Assembly (NCBI GenBank): GCA_964612075.1
Contig: CAZTFC010000007.1
Location: 4,249-68,248, forward strand
DNA from: an uncultured bacterium
GTDB taxonomy: Bacteria > Desulfobacterota > Deferrimicrobia > Deferrimicrobiales > Deferrimicrobiaceae
Length of the DNA stretch: 64,000 nucleotides
Reading direction: 5' to 3'
In this document: positions 40,586-49,108 of the stretch, in pieces
Position numbering within the stretch: the stretch's first letter is position 1
Layout: each line of letters begins with the position of its first letter
Made by a program: the position numbers and the translations under genes
Notes under the pieces: generated by a model
The model's database searches: none
What the model was told of the DNA's origin: nothing
What the model saw: the letters and a program-made list of their open reading frames with translations, nothing else

Positions 40586-41278
40586 ATGAGACGACTTGCG
40601 GTGGCGGCGATTTGCTTCGCGCTCGCATTGCCGGGAACGGCAAAGGCCGAGGATCCCCAGGCGCTGAAAGGGGAGAAGGAGCGGCTCGGCTACAGCATCG
40701 GCATGGATATCGGTGCCACGCTCAAGCGACAGGGCGTCGAGGTGGACGCGGAGTCGCTGGCGAGGGGGATGAAGGACGCCTTCACCGGGGGAAAGACCCT
40801 CCTGACGGAGGACGAGGCCCGGGTGGAGATCGAGGGGTACCAGAAGAAAATGATGGAGAAACAGGCGGAAGAGATGAAGAAACTCGGGGAAAAGAACAAG
40901 GCGGAAGGCGAGAGGTTCCTCGCGGAGAACGCGAAGAAGGAGGGGGTCAAGACCCTCCCGAGCGGGCTGCAATACAAGGTGATCGCGCCGGGGACGGGGA
41001 AGACGCCGAAGGCGTCCGACTCGGTGACCACCCATTACAAGGGCACGCTGATCGACGGCACGGAGTTCGACAGCTCCTACCGGCGGGGGCAGCCCGCCAC
41101 GTTCCCCGTGTCCGGGGTGATCCCGGGCTGGACCGAGGCGCTCCAGCTGATGAAGGAGGGAGCCAAGTGGCAGATCTTCCTCCCCCCGTCGCTCGCGTAC
41201 GGCGAGCGGGGCGTCGGCCGGGACATCGGCCCGAACTCGACCCTGATCTTCGAGGTGGAGCTGATCTCGGTCCAGTGA
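40586..41278 (+). CDS. fkpA: FKBP-type peptidyl-prolyl cis-trans isomerase (FkpA/Mip-like), secreted
   Basis: Signal peptide, N-terminal helical dimerisation region, C-terminal FKBP domain (GLQYKVIAPGTG...HYKGTLIDGTEFDSSY...IPGWTEALQLM). Confidence 0.85.
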   Translation: MRRLAVAAICFALALPGTAKAEDPQALKGEKERLGYSIGMDIGATLKRQGVEVDAESLARGMKDAFTGGKTLLTEDEARVEIEGYQKKMMEKQAEEMKKLGEKNKAEGERFLAENAKKEGVKTLPSGLQYKVIAPGTGKTPKASDSVTTHYKGTLIDGTEFDSSYRRGQPATFPVSGVIPGWTEALQLMKEGAKWQIFLPPSLAYGERGVGRDIGPNSTLIFEVELISVQ

Positions 41279-41301
41279 CCCGCGTCCCTTAAGGGGGAGC
41301 G

Positions 41302-41898
41302 ATGAAGACGCTGTCCCTCCTCGGGGCGGTGACGGGGGTCGCGCTGTTCGCCGGCATCCGGCTCTACGCTACCGTCCTGACCGTCGGCCTGTGCCTCCGG
41401 TACGGCCTGCTGACCCTGCCCCCGGAGCTGGCCCCGCTCGGGGTCCTGTCCCATCCGTACGTCCTGATCGCCGCCGGCGTGTGCGCCGCGGCGGAGTTCC
41501 TCGCGGACAAGATCCCGTGGGTCGATTCCCTGTGGGACGCGGTGCATACGTTCGTGCGTCCCGCGGGGGCCGCGCTGATCGCCTTCGCCGCGGTCGGGAA
41601 GCTCGATCCGGCCGCAGAGGTCGCCGTCGTACTCCTGTGCGGTGCGGTCGCCTTCTCCTCCCACGCGGCGAAATCGGGGGCGCGGCTGGCCGTCAACCAG
41701 AGCCCGGAACCGTTCAGCAATGTGGTGTTGAGCCTGGTGGAGGACGCCGTGGCCGTGGGGGGGAGCTACTCCGCGGTCGCGTACCCGCTGGTCGTCCTCG
41801 GCGTCGTGGCCGCGTTCCTCCTGCTGTTCCTCCTTCTCGCCCGGCGGATCCTGCGCCGCTTCGGGAAAAAGCCCTCCACTCCGCCCGGACCGGAATAA
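41302..41898 (+). CDS. DUF4126-family membrane protein
   Basis: 198 aa polytopic membrane protein with the DUF4126-like KIPWVDSLWD segment. Function unknown. Confidence 0.55.
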   Translation: MKTLSLLGAVTGVALFAGIRLYATVLTVGLCLRYGLLTLPPELAPLGVLSHPYVLIAAGVCAAAEFLADKIPWVDSLWDAVHTFVRPAGAALIAFAAVGKLDPAAEVAVVLLCGAVAFSSHAAKSGARLAVNQSPEPFSNVVLSLVEDAVAVGGSYSAVAYPLVVLGVVAAFLLLFLLLARRILRRFGKKPSTPPGPE

Positions 41899-41936
41899 AA
41901 TCGTAGATCCATACTTTCTGGCAGGGAGGCGAGGTC

Positions 41937-43454
41937 ATGGACACGGCGGGCGACCGCGTGCGGAACGCGCAGCTGCGGGGGAAGATCACCGGCGCGGCGC
42001 AGGCGGCGGAACGGATCAGGAACGGCTACAAGGTCGGGGCGAGCGGCTTCACGGGCGCCGGGTGCCCGAAAGAGGTCCCGCGCGCGCTGGCCGGGCGGGT
42101 CCGGCGGGAGCGGGAGAGCGGGAGGGAGCTGCGCATATCGCTCCTGACCGGCGCGAACACCGAGGCGGGGCTCGACGGAGCGCTCGCGGAGGTCGACGGG
42201 ATCGCGTTCCGCTCGCCGTTCAACGCGGACCCGGTCGTCCGGGAGAAGATCAACTCCGGCGCGACGGAGTTCCTCGATCCTCACATCGGCTCGCTTTCCC
42301 GGATCGTCCGCGCGGGCTTCCTCGGAGAGATCGACGTCGCGCTCGTCGAGGTGACGGGCGTGACGGAGGACGGCCGGCTCATCCCGTCCACCTCGGTAGG
42401 GAACAACCAGGTGTTCCTGGACTGCGCCCGGGAGGTGATCCTCGAGGTCAACTCCTCCCAGCCGGCCGGGCTCGAGGGGATGCACGACGTCATCGAGCTG
42501 CTGAACCCGCCTTTTCACCCCGCGAACCGGATCCTTTCCCCCTCGTGCCGGATCGGGACGCCGTATCTCTCCTGCCCCCCGGAAAAGGTCACGGCGGTCG
42601 TCCTTACGGACCGGCCGGACGACACCGTGGAGCTCAGGGAGCCGGACGCCGACAGCCGGGCGATCTCGCGCCACATCATCGACTTCTTCCGGCGGGAGGT
42701 GAAGGCGGGGCGGCTGCCGGAAAACCTCTACCCGCTGCAGTCGGGCGTGGGCAACGTCGCCAACGCGGTGCTCTACGGCCTGCTCGACTCGGAGTTCGAG
42801 GGGCTCGAGGTGTACACGGAGGTGATCCAGGACGGGCTGCTGGCGCTCATGGACGCCGGGAAGATCCGGTTCGCGTCGGCCACGGCGCTGGCGCTTTCGC
42901 CGTCCGTGATGGAGAAATTCCGGGCGAACGTCGGGGTCTACAGGGACAGGATCCTTCTGCGGCCGCAGTCGATCAGCAACCACCCGGGGGTCATCCGGCG
43001 GCTCGGCGTCGTCGCGATGAACGGCTGCGTGGAGTTCGACATCTACGGGAACGTCAACTCGACCCACGTCAACGGCACCCGGATGATCAACGGGATAGGC
43101 GGCTCCGGCGACTTCGCCCGCAACGCCCACATCTCGATCTTCACGACGTCCTCCGTCGCGAAGGGAGGGAAAATCTCCTGCGTCGTCCCGATGGTTTCCC
43201 ACGTGGACCACAGCGAGCACGACGTCTCCGTCGTCGTGACGGAGCAGGGGATCGCAGACCTGCGGGGCGCCTCGCCGAAGCAGCGCGCGGAGCGCATCCT
43301 CGGGGCCTGCGTCCATCCCGCGTTCCGGCCGATGATCGAGGATTACTACTCCAGGGCCCTTGAGGGTTCGCCGGGGAAGCACACGCCCCACCTGCTCGAC
43401 GAGGCGCTTTCCTGGCACGTCCGGTTCCTGCGGACGGGGTCGATGAGGCCGTAG
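41937..43454 (+). CDS. acetyl-CoA hydrolase/transferase family protein (succinyl-CoA:acetate/propionate CoA-transferase-like)
   Basis: 505 aa. N- and C-terminal CoA-transferase domains (GASGFTGAGCPKEVP, GIGGSGDFARNAH). Confidence 0.85.
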   Translation: MDTAGDRVRNAQLRGKITGAAQAAERIRNGYKVGASGFTGAGCPKEVPRALAGRVRRERESGRELRISLLTGANTEAGLDGALAEVDGIAFRSPFNADPVVREKINSGATEFLDPHIGSLSRIVRAGFLGEIDVALVEVTGVTEDGRLIPSTSVGNNQVFLDCAREVILEVNSSQPAGLEGMHDVIELLNPPFHPANRILSPSCRIGTPYLSCPPEKVTAVVLTDRPDDTVELREPDADSRAISRHIIDFFRREVKAGRLPENLYPLQSGVGNVANAVLYGLLDSEFEGLEVYTEVIQDGLLALMDAGKIRFASATALALSPSVMEKFRANVGVYRDRILLRPQSISNHPGVIRRLGVVAMNGCVEFDIYGNVNSTHVNGTRMINGIGGSGDFARNAHISIFTTSSVAKGGKISCVVPMVSHVDHSEHDVSVVVTEQGIADLRGASPKQRAERILGACVHPAFRPMIEDYYSRALEGSPGKHTPHLLDEALSWHVRFLRTGSMRP

Positions 43455-43494
43455 GGCCGCCGGCCTCCCGCTCGGACGGGACGTTCCCCCTGGC

Positions 43495-43543
43495 GGGGGA
43501 CACTCTGTCCCTTCGCCCGCGTTTGGAGCCAAGAGTGTCCCCC
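43495..43543. repeat. perfect 12-bp inverted repeat with 25-nt spacer in a convergent intergenic region
   Basis: GGGGGACACTCT ... AGAGTGTCCCCC. Further imperfect dyad symmetry (GTTTGGAGC / GCTCCAAAC) extends to about 43645. Confidence 0.5.
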
Positions 43544-43665
43544 TCTGAGCCCTCCATGGCCTCGGAGCCTGCGCTGTTTGTCGCTCCCGCCCTCCTGGCT
43601 CCGCTCCAAACAGACGCCCGCTCAGGGGAACATCCCCTCCGAACAGGAGCCCGCCGCCCGGGAGT

Positions 43666-44838
43666 TCAACGTCCGGGCGCTTCGCCGTACCCGGTCAGCT
43701 CGACGTACCCTTCGCCCCCGACGGGGCGCCCGCGAGAGACGCCGTCCGCCGAGACGGCCCCTTCCCAGTACCGGACGAAGGTCCGCAGCTCCTGGTCCGC
43801 CACGAGAGGAACGATCGACAGCTCGATCCCCTCGGAAGGGACCCGCAGCCTCCAGCGGGCCGGGTACCGGACGCCGCTCGACGGGCTCCTCCAATGGCCG
43901 AGGACATCGACCGCCGCTTCGCCCGCGGCGAGGGGCCGGAAGGAGCCGTCCGGCCACGCCAGCATGCCGGAGCTGAAACCGCCGACGCCGCCGTCCCTTC
44001 GCCGGAGCCGGTAGTACATCAGGTCCCTGCCGTCGGACAGGTGGAGGGCGAACCAGTCCCAGCCGGAGTGCTCGTCGCCGAGCGCGCTGGTTCCCCATTC
44101 GCGGTCCAGCCAGGAGCTCCCCTCGACCTCATACGACGCTCCGCCGATCCCGACGGTGCCCCGGGTCGCCAGCCGGGTGATGGAATAGTAGTGGGAGGCG
44201 TTGCCCGGATCGGACCCCTTCCGGCTCAGCCCCCCCTCGCCCTGGGGTACCGGCGGCCGGTCCGACCGGAGGACGAGGTCGACGGAGGTCCCTTCCTGCT
44301 CCGCGCGCAGCCGGATCGGCGTCAGGGCGCCCGTTCCCCCCTCCGCGGACCAGTCGTCGATCCAGACGCGGAACGGCCGGACGCCCGCCCCCGCCATCCC
44401 CAGGGCGGAGCGGCCGATCCGCTCGAAGTGGCGGAAGGCATTCCCCTTCACGTCGGTCACGGAAAAGTGCGCCATGTACGCCTGGTCCGCGCCCCAGCGC
44501 GACCCGCGCCGCGGAGCGCCCGGGGGGGAGAGGGCGAAGCGGAAGAAGGTGAGCTGGTACCCGAACCGGCGCACGTCGGGGCTTTTCAGATTGCCGGTGA
44601 AGTACCACCACTCGTGGCGGAACGCCGGGTGCGGCCCGTGGTCGTCCGGGAACCGGAAGGCGCGCGGGGCCGTCGCGAGGGCGAACCCGGTCGGGAGGTC
44701 CTCCGACAGCAGGGCGGTGACGGTCCCGGCCGGGGCGGCGGGGGCCGGTGCATCCGACCCCCCGCGCCAAAGGAGCCACCCCCCGGCGAGGAGGAGCGCG
44801 GCGAGCGCCGCGGCCGCCGGCTTCCGACGCCGTAACAC
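43666..44838 (-). CDS. AttH/CrtC-like lipocalin-domain protein (hydroxyneurosporene-synthase-like), secreted/anchored
   Basis: N-terminal signal/TM segment. HEWWYFTGNL motif typical of the AttH/CrtC family. Terminal gene of the ABC transporter operon. Confidence 0.7.
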   Translation of the reverse strand: MLRRRKPAAAALAALLLAGGWLLWRGGSDAPAPAAPAGTVTALLSEDLPTGFALATAPRAFRFPDDHGPHPAFRHEWWYFTGNLKSPDVRRFGYQLTFFRFALSPPGAPRRGSRWGADQAYMAHFSVTDVKGNAFRHFERIGRSALGMAGAGVRPFRVWIDDWSAEGGTGALTPIRLRAEQEGTSVDLVLRSDRPPVPQGEGGLSRKGSDPGNASHYYSITRLATRGTVGIGGASYEVEGSSWLDREWGTSALGDEHSGWDWFALHLSDGRDLMYYRLRRRDGGVGGFSSGMLAWPDGSFRPLAAGEAAVDVLGHWRSPSSGVRYPARWRLRVPSEGIELSIVPLVADQELRTFVRYWEGAVSADGVSRGRPVGGEGYVELTGYGEAPGR

Positions 44839-47376
44839 TCATTCCTCCCGCAGCGCCGCGGCGGGAGGGGATCCCGCCAGACGCGCGGCCGGGTAGAGCC
44901 CCGCCAGGAAGGACGCGGCCAGCGCCAGCGCGACGGCCTGCAGCAGGAGCCACGGATCGATGAAGGTCTGCATCGTCCACCCGAAGGAGCGGCGGTTGAC
45001 GACATGGATGAGGATCAGAGACTGCGCCAGCCCGAGCGGGACGGCGAGGCAGCCGGCGATCCCCCCGATCACGGCGGATTCCCCGGAGATCAGCCCGAAG
45101 GCCTGCGCCGGCGTGAGGCCGACGGCCCGCATCACGGCGTGCTCGCGCCCGCGCTCGAGCTGGATCGCCATCAGCGCGTTCAGGACCCCGGCGAAGGCGA
45201 TCAGCACGGTGAGGGCGCGCAGGACGTTCGTGACGCCGAAGGTGCGGTCGAAGACCTCGAGCGACGCGTCCTTGAGGGCGCGGTTCGAGCGGACGACGGC
45301 CGGCCGGCCGTCGAGCATCCCGCGGATCCTCTCGACCGCCTCGCCGACGGAGGCGCCGGGGACGAGCCGCAGCCCCACCGAATCGACGCCCCGGTCCTCC
45401 CAGTACAGGTCGTGGGTCTCCCCCAGGATCGCCACGATCCCCTGGTCCGAGCTGTAGTCGTAGTAGACGCCCGCCACCGGGAAATCGCGCGGCCCCTTGT
45501 CCGTACGCAGCCGGACCGCGTCTCCCTTCCGGAGGCCCTGTCGGTATGCGTACGGGTCGGAAACCATGACGGCGCCGCGCGAAAGGGCCTCCCACACCTC
45601 GCCGGGATCCCCTTCCCGGAAACGGAACGCGCGGATGCTCTCCGGGGGGACGCGCATCACGAACAGCTCGGTGAACCCTTCCGGCGACTCCAGCATCCGG
45701 CGGTTGAAAAGGACGGAGCCCTTCACGCCGGGGGCGGAGGTGATCGACGCCACCAGGTCGGGGGGGAGCGGCCTGCGGTCGGGCTCCTTCCGGTCCTCGA
45801 AGGAGGAGACGTAGACGTCCCCCAGGAGGGTGTAGTCCAGCCATTCCGACACCGTCCGCCGGAAGCTGTCGATCATGATCCCGATCCCCACCGTCGTGGA
45901 CACGGCGACCACGAGGGCGGCCGTCGCCACGCCCGTCCGGCTGATCGACGCGGGGACGCTGCGGGCGGCCATCTTCCCCGGCGTCCCGAAGAAGAGGGCC
46001 AGGGCGGGCTGGATCGCGCGGACCAGGAGGGCGACCGCGCCCGGCGTTCCGAGCGCGTACCCCGCCACGAGGCAGAACAGCCCGAAGAACGCAGGGAGGA
46101 CGCTGCGGGACGGGTAAAGCTGGATCCCGGCGCCAAGAAGGAGCAGCCCCGCGCCCGCCGCCGAGACCGCGGGCAGGACGGAAGACACGCCCTTCTCTAT
46201 TGCGGAACGGCGCATGACGTCCCTCGGCGGGGCGGTGGTCGCTTCGTGGGCGGGCCACAGCGACGCGGCGACCGATCCGAAGGTGCCCAGGACCGACGCC
46301 TTGAGGAACGTCGCGGCGGTCGGCGCGACGTCCCGGATGGACACGACGAAGTACAGGTCCCCGATGGACCGGGTCACCATGGCGAGGAGGAACTTGCCGA
46401 GATAGTACCCGAAGGGGAGGCCCAGCAGCGTACCCGCCGCCCCGAGGACGGCCGCCTCGGAGAGGACCTGCAGGAACACCTCGCCCCGCGTGACCCCGAG
46501 GGCCCGCAGCGTTCCCACGAGCTGGCGCCGCTGAAGGACCGAGAAGGTCATCGTGTTGTAGACGAGGAACATGCCGACCAGCAGCGAGAGCAGGCTCATC
46601 GCCTGGAGGTTCATGGAGAAGGCGCGCGTCATCCGCTCCATGGCCTTCCCGCGCGCGGCCGTCGGCACGATCTCCGCCCCCGCGGGAAGCACCCCGCGGA
46701 TCCGGGAGAGGGCGACTTCCCCCGCCTCCCCCTCGGGGACGCTCAGGTCGATCCGGGAGAGCCTCCCTTCCATGCCGAGGAGCTCCTGGGCGGTGGAGAT
46801 GTCCGCCACGGCCGTGCTTTCCAGTGCCTGGCGTGTCACCTCGTCCGGCGGGCGGAGAAAGCCCGAGAGGACGACCTTCCCCGGCTCCATGCCGACCCGC
46901 AGCGGCAGGGCGGCGCCCGGGGACAGCCCCAGGCGCCTCGCCGTATCCTCGAGGACCATGACCGCGCCCGGATGCGTGAGGAGGCGGGCGACGTCCGCGC
47001 CCGAGGCGGCCTCCGGCGTGTAGCTCCGGAACGGCGCCTCGGCGAACGGGTCGACCCCGAGGATGTGGAGGACGCCCCCGGTGCGTCCCGGGACGCGGGC
47101 GTACCCCTCGACGACCGGGGCGATCGTCCGCGATTGGCCCCGGCGCCGCAGCTCCGCGTACAGTTCTTCCGGGACGCCGGAGGCGCCCCCCACGATCCGG
47201 TGGGTCGCCTTCCCGGCGACGGTGTCGACGGAGATGCGGAAGGCGCGCCGGGCGCTTTCGTTGGCCAGGTCGATCGAGAAGACCGCCGCGACCCCGAGCG
47301 CCACCCCGACCAGGCCGAAGAGAAGCTGGACGGGGTGCCGGGAAAGGTGGCGCAGGCCGGCCAGCCGCAGGATCAT
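44839..47376 (-). CDS. ABC transporter permease with two FtsX domains (YbbP/AttG-like)
   Basis: 845 aa with two repeated 4-TM FtsX modules, each preceded by a large periplasmic loop. ATGA overlap with the upstream ATPase. Confidence 0.85.
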   Translation of the reverse strand: MILRLAGLRHLSRHPVQLLFGLVGVALGVAAVFSIDLANESARRAFRISVDTVAGKATHRIVGGASGVPEELYAELRRRGQSRTIAPVVEGYARVPGRTGGVLHILGVDPFAEAPFRSYTPEAASGADVARLLTHPGAVMVLEDTARRLGLSPGAALPLRVGMEPGKVVLSGFLRPPDEVTRQALESTAVADISTAQELLGMEGRLSRIDLSVPEGEAGEVALSRIRGVLPAGAEIVPTAARGKAMERMTRAFSMNLQAMSLLSLLVGMFLVYNTMTFSVLQRRQLVGTLRALGVTRGEVFLQVLSEAAVLGAAGTLLGLPFGYYLGKFLLAMVTRSIGDLYFVVSIRDVAPTAATFLKASVLGTFGSVAASLWPAHEATTAPPRDVMRRSAIEKGVSSVLPAVSAAGAGLLLLGAGIQLYPSRSVLPAFFGLFCLVAGYALGTPGAVALLVRAIQPALALFFGTPGKMAARSVPASISRTGVATAALVVAVSTTVGIGIMIDSFRRTVSEWLDYTLLGDVYVSSFEDRKEPDRRPLPPDLVASITSAPGVKGSVLFNRRMLESPEGFTELFVMRVPPESIRAFRFREGDPGEVWEALSRGAVMVSDPYAYRQGLRKGDAVRLRTDKGPRDFPVAGVYYDYSSDQGIVAILGETHDLYWEDRGVDSVGLRLVPGASVGEAVERIRGMLDGRPAVVRSNRALKDASLEVFDRTFGVTNVLRALTVLIAFAGVLNALMAIQLERGREHAVMRAVGLTPAQAFGLISGESAVIGGIAGCLAVPLGLAQSLILIHVVNRRSFGWTMQTFIDPWLLLQAVALALAASFLAGLYPAARLAGSPPAAALREE

Positions 47377-48080
47377 GCGGGCGGCCCCGCCGGCGCCGTT
47401 TCCTCCACGAGACGCCCGTCACGGAGCGCGAGCACCCGGTCGGCGGACCGGGCCACGGCGTCGTTGTGGGTCACGACGATCATCGCCCTTCCCTCCTTCC
47501 GCGCGAGCCCGAAGAGCAGCTCGAGCACCCGGCTTCCCGACTCGGCGTCCAGGCTTCCCGTCGGCTCGTCGGCCAGCAGGAGGAGGGGGTCGTGCACCAC
47601 CGCCCGGGCGACGGCGATCCGCTGCTGCTCGCCGCCCGAGAGGCGGTCCGGGTACGTGCCGGCACGGTCCGCGAGCCCGATCCGGTCGAGGAGACCGAGC
47701 GCGGCCGCGCGCGCCGCCTCGTCCCTGCGGCCGTTCAGCTCCAGCGGGAGCAGCAGGTTCTCGATCACCGTCAGGGTGGGGATGAGGTTGAACGACTGGA
47801 AGACGAGCCCGATGTGGCGGCGCCGGAACAGCGTCCGCTCCCGCTCCGACAGCCGCGTCAGGTTCGTCCCGTCGAGGATCACCTCGCCCCCGGTGGGCAG
47901 GTCGATGCCGCCGACGAGGTTCAGCAGGGTCGATTTCCCGGATCCGCTTCTGCCGAGGAGGGCCACCGACTCCCCGCGGGCGATCTCCGCGTCGAGGCCG
48001 CGGAACACGGTCCGCGTCGCTTCCCCTTCGGGAAAGCTCTTCGCGAGGCCGCGAAGCTGGACGAGCGGGATACCCGGCAT
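47373..48080 (-). CDS. ABC transporter ATP-binding protein (YbbA/LolD/AttF-like)
   Basis: Walker A GRSGSGKST, ABC signature LSGGEQQRIA, Walker B LLLADEPTGSLD. Confidence 0.9.
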   Translation of the reverse strand: MPGIPLVQLRGLAKSFPEGEATRTVFRGLDAEIARGESVALLGRSGSGKSTLLNLVGGIDLPTGGEVILDGTNLTRLSERERTLFRRRHIGLVFQSFNLIPTLTVIENLLLPLELNGRRDEAARAAALGLLDRIGLADRAGTYPDRLSGGEQQRIAVARAVVHDPLLLLADEPTGSLDAESGSRVLELLFGLARKEGRAMIVVTHNDAVARSADRVLALRDGRLVEETAPAGPPA

Positions 48081-48105
48081 GGTCCTATTGTATCGCGGGG
48101 GGGGG

Positions 48106-49095
48106 CTACTCCCCGTTCAGGAAGTCGATCAGGAGGCGCAGCCGGCCGAAGTTCCGTTCGTTGAACCGGAACACGATCCGCGGCAGGTCGGCCAGCTCCG
48201 GGTCGTCCGCCTCCTCGGGCAGGGCGCCTTCCTGGCGGAACGTCCCTCCGGACAGGAGGTCGGGGAACCCGGCGCGCAGCGCCTCGAGGCGGCCCGGCGC
48301 GAGCGGACGGCGGATGCGGATCACGAGGCGGTTCCCGACGTACCGGGAGCTGTGGTAGACGCGGTAGAAGCGCTGCATCTCCCCGACGGCCTCCTCCACG
48401 CTCCCGACGATCCGGAAGAGGGAAAGGTCGTCGGGCGAGATCAGCTCCCTGCGCAGGAGGTTCTCCTCGATCGACCGCCGCCACGAGGCCCAGTAGTCTC
48501 CGCCCGGCTCCTCCACGAGCACCATCGGGAAGGGGTGCGTCTTCCCGGTCTGGAGCAGCGTCAGCGTCTCGAACGCCTCGTCCATCGTGCCGTACCCGCC
48601 CGGAAAGAGGGCGATCCCGCTGGATTCCTTGAGGAACAACAGCTTCCTCGTGAAGAAATACTTGGTGTTGATCAGCTTCGGGTTCCCCTCCATGACCACG
48701 TTCTCCCGCTGCTCGAAAGGGAGGAGGATGTTGACGCCGATGGAGTGGTCGCGGCCGGCGCCCAGGTGGGCCGCCTTCATGATCCCTTCCCCCGCTCCGG
48801 TTACGACGAACCACCCCAGACGCGCCATCTCCCTGCCGAACTCCTCCGCCTGGCGGAACGACGGGGAGCCGGGGGCGGTGCGGGCGGAACCGAAGACCGT
48901 GACCTTGGGGCGCTCCCGGAGGGTGTCGAAGAGGCGGAAGGCGAGGCGCAGCTCCCGCAGGGCGCGGGAGAGGAGCTTCAGGTCCGCGCGGTTCGCGCCG
49001 TCCCCGGCCAGCCCGTCCACCGTCCGGTGGAGCTCCTGGAGGAGCTCGTCCGGCGTGACCTTGCGGTTTCCTCCGCGTCTCGTCGCGTTGGGCAT
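48106..49095 (-). CDS. LOG-family protein (nucleotide 5'-monophosphate nucleosidase / cytokinin riboside 5'-monophosphate phosphoribohydrolase-like)
   Basis: PGGYGTMDE motif, GxGxxG Rossmann fold, and a C-terminal extension. Confidence 0.8.
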   Translation of the reverse strand: MPNATRRGGNRKVTPDELLQELHRTVDGLAGDGANRADLKLLSRALRELRLAFRLFDTLRERPKVTVFGSARTAPGSPSFRQAEEFGREMARLGWFVVTGAGEGIMKAAHLGAGRDHSIGVNILLPFEQRENVVMEGNPKLINTKYFFTRKLLFLKESSGIALFPGGYGTMDEAFETLTLLQTGKTHPFPMVLVEEPGGDYWASWRRSIEENLLRRELISPDDLSLFRIVGSVEEAVGEMQRFYRVYHSSRYVGNRLVIRIRRPLAPGRLEALRAGFPDLLSGGTFRQEGALPEEADDPELADLPRIVFRFNERNFGRLRLLIDFLNGE

Positions 49096-49108
49096 GGCCT
49101 GCTCCGGG

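Noticed and set aside
43523-44014. 163-aa plus-strand ORF across the structured convergent intergenic region.
   Set aside because: Pro/Ser/Arg-rich translation. It runs antisense into the AttH-like gene and is probably non-coding.
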